Sequence record: SRR31147125_2000
Length of the DNA: 33,852 bases
Strand: one strand, 5' to 3'
Shown: positions 19,858-30,247 of the stretch, in pieces
Numbering within the stretch: position 1 is the stretch's first letter
How the letters are laid out: each line of letters begins with the position of its first letter
Notes under the pieces: model-generated
What the model was told of the DNA's origin: nothing
The model's database searches: none
Seen by the model: the letters and a program-made list of their open reading frames with translations, nothing else
Position numbers and translations under genes: made by a program

Positions 19858-20481
19858 ATGCAAAAAAACTATCCTAAACAAAACAGATTACAATGGTTTC
19901 ATACACACCGTATTCGAATCGCTTTACTTTCAATCATTATTATTTTGCCATTAACGCTTGTTGTACTTGCTTATGTCGGTACTTACAATGCAAATAAAAA
20001 AGTGGCGTTTGAAGAATTAACAAACGAAGATATTACTTATATTAAAAAATTTGATGATTTAGAAGACTTAAAATATATTGATTTATCTGTTGACTGGGTG
20101 ACTTTAAAATATCCAGAATTCAATGAAGATGGTTCTATAGATTCAAGTGGATATTACCAATTTAGATTAACTTATACATCAGATGAAAATTATGATGTCA
20201 CATCTGTTGAAATCACACCCGTTTTGCAAACAAATTGGATAGACTATCGATCTTTAGGATCATTAACATCTATTTCAGAAAATACTGGCTCAAATATTTT
20301 GATCCCATTTAACGAAGTACTTCCTGTGAGAAGACTCTTATTTATACAAGTGACAGATCCTATTCTTTACTTAAAAGTTGATGTTACTTATGAAACTGTT
20401 GGTCAATCATTTGAAGAAACACAATATGTATCCATACAGTTAAAAGACGAATTACCTGAAAATGTTGTCGGTGGCGTATAA
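19858..20481 (+). CDS. Hypothetical single-TM membrane protein
   Basis: AAGGAG RBS before ATG 19858, basic N-terminus, hydrophobic IALLSIIIILPLTLVVLAYV, acidic beta-rich remainder. Confidence 0.75.
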   Translation: MQKNYPKQNRLQWFHTHRIRIALLSIIIILPLTLVVLAYVGTYNANKKVAFEELTNEDITYIKKFDDLEDLKYIDLSVDWVTLKYPEFNEDGSIDSSGYYQFRLTYTSDENYDVTSVEITPVLQTNWIDYRSLGSLTSISENTGSNILIPFNEVLPVRRLLFIQVTDPILYLKVDVTYETVGQSFEETQYVSIQLKDELPENVVGGV

Positions 20482-20514
20482 AAAAAGTGCTAAATTTTAG
20501 CACTTATTTTTTTT
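20480..20514. terminator. Bidirectional terminator between convergent genes
   Basis: AAGTGCTAAA-t-TTTAGCACTT inverted repeat flanked by A and T runs. Confidence 0.7.
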
Positions 20515-21196
20515 GGTCAGATACAATCTTACCATCTTTTAGCTCAATAATTCGATCAGCTCTTTTAGCGATATCATCATTATGTGTAATGACAATAAAA
20601 GTTGTTCCAAATTTTTGATTAATATCTCTTAACAAATCATAAATCTGATCTGTTGTATCTGTATCTAGATTCCCTGTAGGTTCATCAGCTAAAATAATAC
20701 TTGGTCTATTCATTAGTGATCTTGCAATGGCAACTCTTTGTTGTTGCCCTCCTGATAGATTCGTTGATAAGTTATGTTGATACGCACCAAGTCCTACAAC
20801 ATTGAGTAACTCAATGGCTTGTTCTTTTATCTCTTTTGTTATTTTTTTACCTGTAATACGATATGGCATTAAAACATTTTCTAATGCAGTAAATTCAGGT
20901 AATAGATAATGAAATTGAAAGATAAATCCCATACGTTCGTTTCTTACGCGTGACTTTTCATCTTTTGATATATCCTCTACTTCTTGATCACCTATAAATA
21001 CTTCTCCACATGAAGGGTTATCTAGTAATCCTAGTATATTTAACAATGTCGATTTCCCAGATCCTGATTGACCAATAATCGCATTAAAAGATTTCTCTTC
21101 AAATGCTAAGTTTATATCAAACAAAACTTGTGTTGGATAATTTGTATTTTCATTATAAATTTTACATACGTGCTTTAGTTCTAAGACATTAGGCAT
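20504..21196 (-). CDS. ABC transporter ATP-binding protein (LolD/MacB/FtsE-like)
   Basis: GQSGSGKST Walker A, GFIFQFHYLLPEFTALENV, LSGGQQQRVAIAR, ADEPTGNLD. Confidence 0.93.
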   Translation of the reverse strand: MPNVLELKHVCKIYNENTNYPTQVLFDINLAFEEKSFNAIIGQSGSGKSTLLNILGLLDNPSCGEVFIGDQEVEDISKDEKSRVRNERMGFIFQFHYLLPEFTALENVLMPYRITGKKITKEIKEQAIELLNVVGLGAYQHNLSTNLSGGQQQRVAIARSLMNRPSIILADEPTGNLDTDTTDQIYDLLRDINQKFGTTFIVITHNDDIAKRADRIIELKDGKIVSDQKK

Positions 21197-22334
21197 TTCT
21201 AATCACCTCAATTACTGTTAATTTAGAAGATTTTATAGCTGGGATTAAAGATGCAATCACGGATGCGACAATCGCAATACCTGCAGATATTGCTAAAAAT
21301 CCAGGATCTATGTTTAATGGAATCAATGGTGTACCATCTGGATTTAACGCAAATGTTGTAAACGCAACAAGTAATCCAAGTCCTAATAATATACCGACAA
21401 TTGATCCAAATATACCTAAAAATAATCCTTCAGATACAAATACTTTCGATGCGTTTTTATCTGTTAAACCTATCGCTTTTAATATACCTAATTGACGTGA
21501 TTTTTGCATCACAGTAATCGCTAATGTGGAAGATATCCCTAAAACAACAGAAATGATCACAAATATTTGAATCATGAGTGATGAAATACTTTGACCCGAT
21601 AATCCTGATAACAATGATTCATTATCTGTCATCCAATTATTAATCATATAATCTTCATTTAAAGTTTCGCTTAATGTAATGGCTAAATTTTCAGCTTCAA
21701 AAACTTCATCAAGTTGCATTTCTATGCGATTTACACCTTGCGTTCCTAAAATAGTTTGTGTGGTATTAAGCGTCGTAATTGCCCATGTTTCATTAATCGT
21801 TGAAACCCCAAAATCAAAAAAGCCTACAACTGTTAATTGATATGTGAAACCTTGAATTTCAATAGGAACCACATCATCTACAAATAATTCAAGTGAATTA
21901 TGTAAATCAATACCTAACAATACCTCATTGTCAGCTTCTGGAAGTCTGCCATTATAGAGTTTATCTTCGAATTTATAAATATCTTCTGCTGTTTCTATAT
22001 CTAGTCCTCTAAAATATACTTCTTTTTTATTATCTTCAAACGTCATAAATCCACCTGTATCTAGTACTGGTGTTAATGCAGATATATCTTTGCTACTTTC
22101 GCGAATAAGCGTCAAATCATCTTGATAATTTGCGATATAACCATCATCTGTTGTAATTGTGACATGAGATGTAGATCCTATGGTTTGATCAACTAAACTA
22201 TCTTGCAAGCCTGTAATTAATGCACCGATAAATACTTGAACGGATACACCAACTGCAATGCCTAAAATAATCAATACTGTTTGTCGTTTTGCAGACATTA
22301 AAAAACGCCATGCAATTTGTAACGCTAACTTCAT
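21189..22334 (-). CDS. ABC transporter permease, FtsX/MacB/LolC-E type
   Basis: One N-terminal TM, large extracytoplasmic domain, three C-terminal TMs, QKSRQLGILKAIG. Start ATG 22334 after AAGGGGTG. Confidence 0.9.
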   Translation of the reverse strand: MKLALQIAWRFLMSAKRQTVLIILGIAVGVSVQVFIGALITGLQDSLVDQTIGSTSHVTITTDDGYIANYQDDLTLIRESSKDISALTPVLDTGGFMTFEDNKKEVYFRGLDIETAEDIYKFEDKLYNGRLPEADNEVLLGIDLHNSLELFVDDVVPIEIQGFTYQLTVVGFFDFGVSTINETWAITTLNTTQTILGTQGVNRIEMQLDEVFEAENLAITLSETLNEDYMINNWMTDNESLLSGLSGQSISSLMIQIFVIISVVLGISSTLAITVMQKSRQLGILKAIGLTDKNASKVFVSEGLFLGIFGSIVGILLGLGLLVAFTTFALNPDGTPLIPLNIDPGFLAISAGIAIVASVIASLIPAIKSSKLTVIEVIRNA

Positions 22335-22396
22335 GATTGTCACCCCTTTAAAACATATTATATAATATATAAATAATAAATGGTGTTATATTGCAT

Positions 22397-22426
22397 AAAA
22401 AAAGAACAATTCAAGATTGTTCTTTT
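22397..22426 (-). terminator. Intrinsic terminator of recA
   Basis: AAAAGAACAAT-tcaag-ATTGTTCTTTT stem with a T tail on the minus strand. Confidence 0.78.
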
Positions 22427-22432
22427 AATCTT

Positions 22433-23443
22433 TTACGCTTCAGTTTCTTGATAACTAATTTGATAATGATCTAATACTTTTTGATGTAGTTCTTCAACAA
22501 TTTCTGGATGTCCTTCTAAAAAGATTTTAGCATTTTCTCTACCTTGACCAATTTTTTCATCTTGATATGCATACCATGCCCCACTTTTTTTAACATAATC
22601 AAGTTCAACTGCTAAGTCAAGAAGCTCACCAGTTCTTGAAATACCTTGTCCATAAATAATATCAACAACTACTGTTTTAAATGGTGGTGCAACTTTATTT
22701 TTTACAACTTTAATCTTCGCTTGATTACCCACTAAATCTGTTCCATTTTTTAATGCTTGTGATCGTCTAATCTCTAATCTTACACTTGAGTAGAATTTAA
22801 GTGCACGTCCACCTGGTGTAACTTCTGGGTTTCCAAACATCACACCAACTTTTTCTCTAATTTGATTAATAAAGATAGCTGTTGATTTTGATTTTGAAAT
22901 AACACCTGATAATTTACGCATTGCTTGACTCATTAATCTTGCTTGAAGACCTACATGAGAATCTCCCATATCACCATTAATTTCAGCTGCTGGTACAAGT
23001 GCTGCGACACTATCAACAACAATTGTATCAATAGAACCTGAACGAATTAATGCTTCAGCAATTTCTAATGCTTGTTCACCTGTATCTGGTTGAGACAAAA
23101 TCAATGCATCAATATCAACACCTAGTGCTTTCGCATATTGTGGATCTAGTGCATGCTCTGCATCAATAAATGCAACATAACCGCCACGTTTTTGTACTTC
23201 TGCAATCGCATGAAGTGCGAGTGTTGTTTTCCCTGAACTCTCAGGACCATAAATTTCAATAATTCTACCTTTAGGATAACCACCAATACCCAATGCGATA
23301 TCTAATGCGAGTGATCCCGTAGGGTTTGCGGCTACATGATGGTCAGCTTCATCACCAAGACGCATCACCGAACCCTTACCATATTGTTTTTCTATTTGTT
23401 TCATTGCAGCTTCAAGCGCTTGCGTTCTTTTATCTTTGTCCAT
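22433..23443 (-). CDS. recA: Recombinase RecA
   Basis: [42 protein letters not shown]. Confidence 0.98.
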   Translation of the reverse strand: MDKDKRTQALEAAMKQIEKQYGKGSVMRLGDEADHHVAANPTGSLALDIALGIGGYPKGRIIEIYGPESSGKTTLALHAIAEVQKRGGYVAFIDAEHALDPQYAKALGVDIDALILSQPDTGEQALEIAEALIRSGSIDTIVVDSVAALVPAAEINGDMGDSHVGLQARLMSQAMRKLSGVISKSKSTAIFINQIREKVGVMFGNPEVTPGGRALKFYSSVRLEIRRSQALKNGTDLVGNQAKIKVVKNKVAPPFKTVVVDIIYGQGISRTGELLDLAVELDYVKKSGAWYAYQDEKIGQGRENAKIFLEGHPEIVEELHQKVLDHYQISYQETEA

Positions 23444-23489
23444 GATATACCTCCATCATTATAATAAACTCTTTAAACATTTTTTACTT

Positions 23490-24059
23490 TTATATACTTG
23501 CAAGAATTGCTTTTCTGTTTTTAATAAAATAATCTAATCCACTAACCAATGTCATTAATATAGCAAACCAGAAGATGATGTTTGCGATAATCATAGGTAA
23601 TCCAAAATCATTAAATAACAATAAAACAAGTGCAATCATTGTTGATGCAGTTTTAATCTTACCATATGGTGATGCGGCAATCACATGCCCTTGATCAACC
23701 GCGATTAATCGAATGCTTGTTACAACAAACTCTCTAACAATCACAATCATCACAGCCCATAAAGGAACTCTTGAAGGATCATTGATCATTAAAAATAGTA
23801 ATGCAATGAGTACTAAAACCTTATCCGCGATAGGATCTAAAAATTTACCAAATGTCGTAATTTGATTATACTTCCTTGCGATGTAACCATCTAAAAAATC
23901 AGTGGCTGCTGCAATTACAAATAACACAGCAAAAATAAAAGATCCAATGGATAATCCAAGGAAACCCATGTCCTCTTTAAGTGGTGTTAAATAGATTACA
24001 ACCAGCATAATTGGAATGATTAAAAATCGCATTAATGTAATTTTATTTGCTGTTGTCAT
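23490..24059 (-). CDS. pgsA: CDP-diacylglycerol--glycerol-3-phosphate 3-phosphatidyltransferase
   Basis: ANKITLMR, DFLDGYIARK..GKFLDPIADK, GKIKT. Confidence 0.95.
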   Translation of the reverse strand: MTTANKITLMRFLIIPIMLVVIYLTPLKEDMGFLGLSIGSFIFAVLFVIAAATDFLDGYIARKYNQITTFGKFLDPIADKVLVLIALLFLMINDPSRVPLWAVMIVIVREFVVTSIRLIAVDQGHVIAASPYGKIKTASTMIALVLLLFNDFGLPMIIANIIFWFAILMTLVSGLDYFIKNRKAILASI

Positions 24060-24119
24060 AAAATCCCTTCCTTAAGCAAGATATTTCAATATTATTTTAA
24101 CATAAATCATTGGTTTTTG

Positions 24120-24148
24120 TTGCATTTTCTACTTCCGTTTGATACAAT
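24120..24148 (+). promoter_or_regulatory. Sigma-A promoter for rpsT
   Basis: TTGCAT-17 nt-TACAAT with a TG extension. Confidence 0.65.
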
Positions 24149-24177
24149 AAGTATGCATTATTATAGGAGGTGAAATT

Positions 24178-24438
24178 GTGGCTAATATAAAACAACAAAT
24201 CAAACGCAATAAAACCAATGAAAAACGTCGTTTAAACAACGCAGCATTCAAATCTTCAGTTAAATCAGCAGTTAAAGCAGTTGAGTCAGCTGTAGAAGCG
24301 AATAACAAAGAACTAGCATTAGAAAACTTATCTTTTGCACATAAAAAACTTGATAAAGGACTTGCAAAAGGTGTTTATCATAAAAATTTTGTGTCAAGAA
24401 ATAAATCTCAACTTACTAAATTGGTTAATAGCCTATAA
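24178..24438 (+). CDS. rpsT: 30S ribosomal protein S20
   Basis: MANIKQQIKR..KGVYHKN, GTG start after AGGAGGT. Confidence 0.97.
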   Translation: MANIKQQIKRNKTNEKRRLNNAAFKSSVKSAVKAVESAVEANNKELALENLSFAHKKLDKGLAKGVYHKNFVSRNKSQLTKLVNSL

Positions 24439-24465
24439 AAAGAGAAGCCCATGGCTTCTTTTTTT
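24437..24465. terminator. Bidirectional terminator rpsT/exonuclease
   Basis: AGAAGCC-cat-GGCTTCT stem flanked by A and T runs. Confidence 0.7.
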
Positions 24466-25120
24466 ATGCGCTTTTTTCAATTTCTCTTCGACCACCATAT
24501 TGTGCAACATATGTCACATGTGGTAATTTGAATTTCACACCATACTTCGGATTAAATCCTATTTTATTGACATATTTATAAATATTAGGCAATTCAGCAT
24601 GCATGTTGATGAGTGCTTCATAAGTTGCTTTTATATCATCAAGTGCACGGTGTGTGTTTTTTACTTGTACATGATAAGTAGCAACAGCTTGATCAAGTCG
24701 ATGTGGATAGCGGTGACGATCCTTATAGACTGCCATCACATCTAAGATGTCATTTTTTATGGTATATACAGGATTGATATATTTTCTAAATAGTGCTTGT
24801 AAAAATGATAAGTCAAATAAAATGTTATACGCAATTAAAAGTGTGTTTTCGTCTTGATATAGTGCAAACAGTTTTTCAAAAGCTAGTGCTTCATCTATAC
24901 CATCTCTTAATAACATTTCATCTGTAATATGCGTAATTTCAATAATCTTTGGTGATAATGGCTTATGTGATTCAACGAGTGTTGATAATTCTTCAACAAC
25001 TTCATATTTTCCATTTCTTTCTTCTAATAAAATGGCACCAATTTCAATAATTTGTTCAAATTGAGGGTTTAACCCTGTTGTTTCAAAATCAAACAATAAT
25101 ACTCTTTTATGTTTAAACAT
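24464..25120 (-). CDS. DEDDh 3'-5' exonuclease (DnaQ/PolC-exo-like)
   Basis: FDFETTG (Exo I), AYNILFD (Exo II), HRALDD (Exo III). Confidence 0.9.
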   Translation of the reverse strand: MFKHKRVLLFDFETTGLNPQFEQIIEIGAILLEERNGKYEVVEELSTLVESHKPLSPKIIEITHITDEMLLRDGIDEALAFEKLFALYQDENTLLIAYNILFDLSFLQALFRKYINPVYTIKNDILDVMAVYKDRHRYPHRLDQAVATYHVQVKNTHRALDDIKATYEALINMHAELPNIYKYVNKIGFNPKYGVKFKLPHVTYVAQYGGRREIEKSA

Positions 25121-25123
25121 ATG

Positions 25124-26071
25124 CTACGCTCCTAACAAAAATAGTTCTAACCCAAGTTTTTTATGCTTGAGTCCTGATTTTATTTCATAATCTAATTGTG
25201 TAAGTTTTTTTAATTGTTTTTCTATTTGCTCAACTGACATGCTTGATGCATTTTTCATTAAATAATATGTTCTACCACTGCTATAATTAAAATGCTGAGC
25301 AATTTCAGCTTTTCCATAACCTTTGTTTAATAATAATCTTGCATGAAATAATTCTCTTAGTTTATTTGCAATAAAGTTTAATATACGAAGAGGATCTTCG
25401 TTTTGTCGCATTAAATCTTCATATATCTCAATCATTTTTGCAGATTGATTGGCAATCATGGCATTCGTTAATTCAAAAATATTATCCTCAAGATTTTTAG
25501 GGACAAGCGATAAAACATCTCGTTCATTAATTTTTTTATCATCAATTTTATATATTTTCAATTTTGTGAGTTCTTGTGTGAGTAAATTAAATTCATAATT
25601 TGTTCTCTCTAGCAACATCAAGATGGCTTTTGAATCCATTTCATAGTCATCTTTTTTTAATAGATTTAATACAAAATCAGGATATTTATCTTTATCAATA
25701 TCTTCTACTTCGATTGTGTATGCATAAGAATAGAGCAAATCCTGTACTTTTTTACTTATCTCATATTGCGTGTTTAAATCAATAATCAATGTAACGTCGG
25801 GATTAGGATTTTTAAAATATTTCTCCCACATATGATATGCTTGATCAGATAAGTGATCTATTTCTTCTATATGTTTAACAATAACTATCTTTCGATCAGA
25901 AAACAATGAAATCGTTTGTAATTCTTCAAGGACGTCATCACTTGAGTTTTCAACTAAATCATATCTATTTATATTAAAAGGATCAATATCATATGTGTTG
26001 ATTTTGTGATTAATTTCTAGTTGATTTAAATATGTATTTTTTCCTTTGTAAATGTATATTAATTCTTGCAT
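25124..26071 (-). CDS. holA: DNA polymerase III subunit delta
   Basis: LQTISLFSDRKIV, ELTKL, NIFEL, DYEIKSG..LELFLL. Located between comEC and rpsT. Start ATG 26071 with GGAGG. Confidence 0.9.
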   Translation of the reverse strand: MQELIYIYKGKNTYLNQLEINHKINTYDIDPFNINRYDLVENSSDDVLEELQTISLFSDRKIVIVKHIEEIDHLSDQAYHMWEKYFKNPNPDVTLIIDLNTQYEISKKVQDLLYSYAYTIEVEDIDKDKYPDFVLNLLKKDDYEMDSKAILMLLERTNYEFNLLTQELTKLKIYKIDDKKINERDVLSLVPKNLEDNIFELTNAMIANQSAKMIEIYEDLMRQNEDPLRILNFIANKLRELFHARLLLNKGYGKAEIAQHFNYSSGRTYYLMKNASSMSVEQIEKQLKKLTQLDYEIKSGLKHKKLGLELFLLGA

Positions 26072-26120
26072 AAAAGCCTCCAAATTCCATATACTCATTA
26101 TACTAAATTTATGCATGAAT

Positions 26121-28183
26121 TCATAGATAAGAAGACCATTTTTCTCTTTTGCGATTTTGCTGATAATAAATAGCACCCATTATATCCGTTCGATATATAT
26201 CAATGTGTTTGCTATTTAATCTTTCGATGACTTCAGTGGATGGAAAATTAAAGCGATTGTTTTTACCGACTGAAATGATTGCTTTTGACGGATTGACTAA
26301 ATCTAGAAATACACCTGTAGTTGATGTTAAAGACCCATGATGTGCAATTTTTAATACATCACTTTTTAAATCATCTGCATAAGTTAAAGCAATTAAGTGT
26401 TCAGCTTCCTCTTCGATGTCACCTGTAAATAAGAAATCATAGTTACCAATTTTTAACTTAAATACAAGTGAATTATTATTTGCGTTTTGATAATCCATAA
26501 TGGGATTATAAAACATAACATGCTGATCAGCAATTTTTAAGTAATCACCTGCTTTAATGCGAATTACATGTTCAAGATAATTATCATAATTTTGATCATA
26601 TGCATTAATAACAACTTGTTTTACATGAAATTTTTCAATGATCTCATGCGCTTCTTTTGTATGATCTTGATCACTATGCGTTAAAATCAAATAATCAATA
26701 TGGTTAATCCCGTGATTGCTTAAAAAAGAAGTCATATGTTCAAATGCATCAATGACAATATGTGTTTGATCAATCTTAATATACATACCATCACCTTGGC
26801 CAACATCTACCATGTAAAAAACATCTTCTTCAAAATGGACAAAAGATATAGAAGGTATATAAATACATAATGTAAATAATAATATATATGTCACTTTCTT
26901 TATCCATGTTTTTGATAAAGCAATCGCCATAAGCAAGATATATGCAACACCTATCATATATATATTTAATTGGTGAAACCACACAGTTATCTGATAGTTG
27001 TTTAATTGATCAACAAAACCCACAACAATCACTGAAACTCTTTGGAGCAAGTATGTAAAATTAGAACTCAAAAGAGATAACCATGTAAGTGGATAAATCA
27101 TATAACAAAAAATAAATACTATGATTGGTGATATAAAAATATATAGTACTGACACATGATTTTGTAGCGGTAATAAAAGCAACCATATCACCATCGCTAT
27201 CATATATCTTCTGATCAATGGATGATATGCTTTAAATCTATATGCAATGAGTTGAAGTGAAATTATAATAATAAAAACCATTAAAAATGCATAACTATAA
27301 ATCAAATGTATATCGATGGCCAAACATATCATAAATCCCAATATATGTAGATCTAAGGACGCTATACGCCAATCTCTAATTTTCGATAGGGTTGTGAGCA
27401 CATACATCACAGATAGTCTAAGGATACTTATATCACCTGCAGTCATATAAAGTATGATTGCATAGCATATCATAATGATCATGTGCTGATATCTAGGTAT
27501 CACATTAAAATCAAAACATATTTTTTTATCCATAACATCATCACATAAACATGTAACCCCGATACATTTAAAATAAATGCAATATCTAAGGATTTAAAAG
27601 CATCTTTTATATGATCATCTTCTAGAGATTCTCCAAATATTAAAGTATTTGTCATGACATCATAATCATTTTGAATCCATTGATCTCTAAGTGCATATAG
27701 ACTCAATTGTTTTTTAACTTTTTCTTTTTCTATAACATTTAAATATCCATGAATACCTTTTGATTTAAAATATAGTTCACTATTAAAATCATATGGATTT
27801 GATGGGCGATCATATGCGATAATTTCTGCATGAACACGATATATACTGCCTATTTCATAATACTGTTGATAGTCATAAATATGATACTTATATATACCAT
27901 CTTTTACGGTGATGCGTCGATAATCATCTCTATAGGTGATATTGACGACACGTATGTCCCCATCAATATCTGTTTTTTGATCTTGTGTGATAAAAAATAA
28001 TACACTGATCCATATGATACATATACATAGTTTAATAAAATCCAATTGATGACGTTGCCATATCACATAAATCATCAAAAGTATCAAAAATGACATGTGA
28101 TAAAAGCTAAGTATAAAAAGACATAACGCAAATCCTTCGATATAAATATGATCAAAGTGTGATATAAGGTCTAATTTTTTCAA
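26121..28183 (-). CDS. comEC: DNA uptake channel ComEC (frameshift in the A7 run at 27521-27527; start uncertain)
   Basis: OB-like region with NPYDFN, Competence domain VSGLHV and SILR, beta-lactamase-like domain DVGQGD, THSDQDH, TGDIE, AHHGS. One extra A joins the two ORFs (WIKKICFDF). Confidence 0.88.
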
Positions 28184-28661
28184 GTGTTTGAGTACCGATG
28201 TAACTAACTAAAATTAAATCATCAATCGAAGTAAATGCACCATGTTCTGTACGATATATAATAAGATTTGCAGCTCTTGTTTCAGTCATCCCTGGAATCT
28301 CTAGCAATTCGCTAAAACTTGCTTCATTGATGTTAACTAATATATTTACCTGTGTATCTTCGTCTAGTTTTGATGCAATGTGAATGGTTGTCGATGTACT
28401 AATTATTTTTTGAAAACTAATTTGACTTTGATCAGCATCACTGGTCAGTCCACCAGCTCGGTCAATAAGTTCTAAATAAGTCATTGGTTCATATAAATAA
28501 TAAGTACCTGGATACAAGACTTCACCCTCTACATGAACTTCTAATAAATCAACTTGATTTTCTACACCGATATATTGATTCATTTGATCTTTTTTTGGAA
28601 AAAATACAATATTTAAGATAATCATTAAAACAATCACATATAACATATAACGCTTCATCAT
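28152..28661 (-). CDS. comEA: ComEA-like DNA-binding protein (TM, SLBB, HhH)
   Basis: VHVEGEVLYPGTY, AGGLTSDAD, VNINEAS..LLEIPG..IIYRTEHGAF. Directly upstream of comEC. Confidence 0.9.
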   Translation of the reverse strand: MMKRYMLYVIVLMIILNIVFFPKKDQMNQYIGVENQVDLLEVHVEGEVLYPGTYYLYEPMTYLELIDRAGGLTSDADQSQISFQKIISTSTTIHIASKLDEDTQVNILVNINEASFSELLEIPGMTETRAANLIIYRTEHGAFTSIDDLILVSYIGTQTLEKIRPYITL

Positions 28662-28707
28662 TTATACCTCCACTATATCTTAGCGTCATCATTGTATCTT
28701 TACTCAT

Positions 28708-28743
28708 AAAAAAAATGACTTATCATTAAAAAGTCATTTTTTT
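28708..28743 (-). terminator. Terminator-like hairpin at the end of the methyltransferase gene
   Basis: AAAAAAATGACTT-N9-AAGTCATTTTTTT inverted repeat. Confidence 0.6.
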
Positions 28744-29375
28744 AATATCATATAATGTTTTCTTTCATCTGGTCCATCAACAACCTCACATGTAAATCCA
28801 ATATCTTTTAAAATGTTTGTATAAAAAGATAATGGCTTCACAAATTGTGTGATCTCAAAAATTTGTTCATCAACCTCTAAGCGATGTTTTAATGTGTCAC
28901 CCATGACAGATACATCCCAAGTATAAGCGATATTTGACGCATCTGATTCATGGTAGTTTTGATATACTTCTAATACTTCTTCTTTATATATGTCAATGAT
29001 ACATAAACCATCATTTGATAACGCTTGATAAAAAGACTTAAAGATAGAAGTCACATCTTCATTAAAATTAATGACATCAAACATCGAAACAATAGCATCT
29101 ACCTGAAGTGGTATTTCATCTCTAATATCATGTTCATACAATAGCGGTTCATGGCCATTTGATACTAATCGATTTCTAGCAATCGTAAGCATATCACTAT
29201 CTATATCCAATCCAATGACTTGATGTTTTCTCGCTATTTTTTCAGTTAAATAACCTGTGCCACATCCTGCATCAATAATGATATGTTTATCGCTGATATA
29301 TGGTTCAATAAAATCAAAAATCAATTGATAGTCTATGTCAGACATCAATTGATCGTAGATATATGCAAATGTCAT
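28734..29375 (-). CDS. Class I SAM-dependent methyltransferase (YqeM-like)
   Basis: FAYIYDQLM, IDAGCGTG, GLDIDSDML. Syntenic after rsfS. Confidence 0.88.
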   Translation of the reverse strand: MTFAYIYDQLMSDIDYQLIFDFIEPYISDKHIIIDAGCGTGYLTEKIARKHQVIGLDIDSDMLTIARNRLVSNGHEPLLYEHDIRDEIPLQVDAIVSMFDVINFNEDVTSIFKSFYQALSNDGLCIIDIYKEEVLEVYQNYHESDASNIAYTWDVSVMGDTLKHRLEVDEQIFEITQFVKPLSFYTNILKDIGFTCEVVDGPDERKHYMILKK

Positions 29376-29688
29376 GATACGACTTTAACATCCATTAAAC
29401 GTTTATCAAAACCATAATATTGTCTTAACTCTTCAGTAAATAAATGTACGATGATATCACCACAATCGATTAAAACCCAAGAATTACCTTTACCTTCAAT
29501 ATGTTTAATATCATCCGATTTAAGATTTTGTTTTAAATGATTGATTGCAGCATTACCTTGTCTTTCATTGACGGTTGCAATCACAAAATACTCATAAAAT
29601 GGTGATGATTGTTCAAAATCAAACACTTTTAAATCTTTTACTTTTATATCTTCTAACGTATTAGTGATTATTTTTAATTTTTTTCCAC
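29372..29688 (-). CDS. rsfS: Ribosome silencing factor RsfS (appears fused to YqeK in this sequence)
   Basis: YFVIAT..WVLIDCGDIIVHLFTEELRQYY. Has its own AGGAGG RBS (29695-29700) and GTG at 29688, which is in frame if the A7 run at 29678-29684 is A8. Confidence 0.85.
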
Positions 29689-30247
29689 GTTGTACCTCCT
29701 TATAATATCTATAAGCCTCTAATTGCATAGGACTTGGTTTTTTATTTTTATTTTTAACATCTTTAATACTTATTTTCATACATTTTAAAACAGCTTGATC
29801 TAAATCTTTAGTTGCAAGTTTATAAATGTCTTTTGCATCAGGAAATGCTCGATTGGGTTCACACATATCTGAGACAAAAATGATTTTTTCTAAAACATGC
29901 ATCTCAGGTCTTCCCCACACATGTGAGCGAATCGCATGAATCATGTATGGCTTATCAATCGCGAGATTTTCTTGGATACGATATGCTGCTTCATATGCAT
30001 GAAACATCACTGGATACTTTTTTACCACTTTAATTTCTTTTTTTGTTAAATGTTTATGTGAGCGACGATCATATTTAGCATAGTCATGATATAGCCCTAC
30101 AATATATGCCTCACTTGGATCAACATCATACAACTGCGCAAGTTTTTCTGCAGTTTCTGCGACACCATAGACATGTTTTAAACGTTCAGGATATTTTTTA
30201 AGTTTCTTGTCAACTTGTTTTTTAGCAAGTTTAATTAAATATTCCAT
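29661..30247 (-). CDS. yqeK: YqeK HD-domain Ap4A hydrolase
   Basis: RLKHVYGV, LYHDYAK, AIRSH, KIIFVSDMCEPNR. With A8 it terminates at TAA 29661. Confidence 0.87.

Noticed and set aside
22355..22368. 14-bp perfect palindrome ATATTATATAATAT upstream of the ABC permease
   Set aside because: It is A/T-only in a very AT-rich spacer and is explained by a TATAAT -10 box, so it is not distinguishable from chance.
23444..23490. Possible LexA (Cheo) box upstream of recA
   Set aside because: No GAAC-N4-GTTC match is visible.
6106..29684. A coordinated programmed-frameshift system using A7 runs
   Set aside because: The same one-base loss also hits essential der outside a long run, the affected genes are functionally unrelated, and I noticed no shared stimulatory structure. 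Assembly error is more parsimonious, although intact A8/T8 runs exist (6561, 13090, 20507), so reads are needed to settle it.
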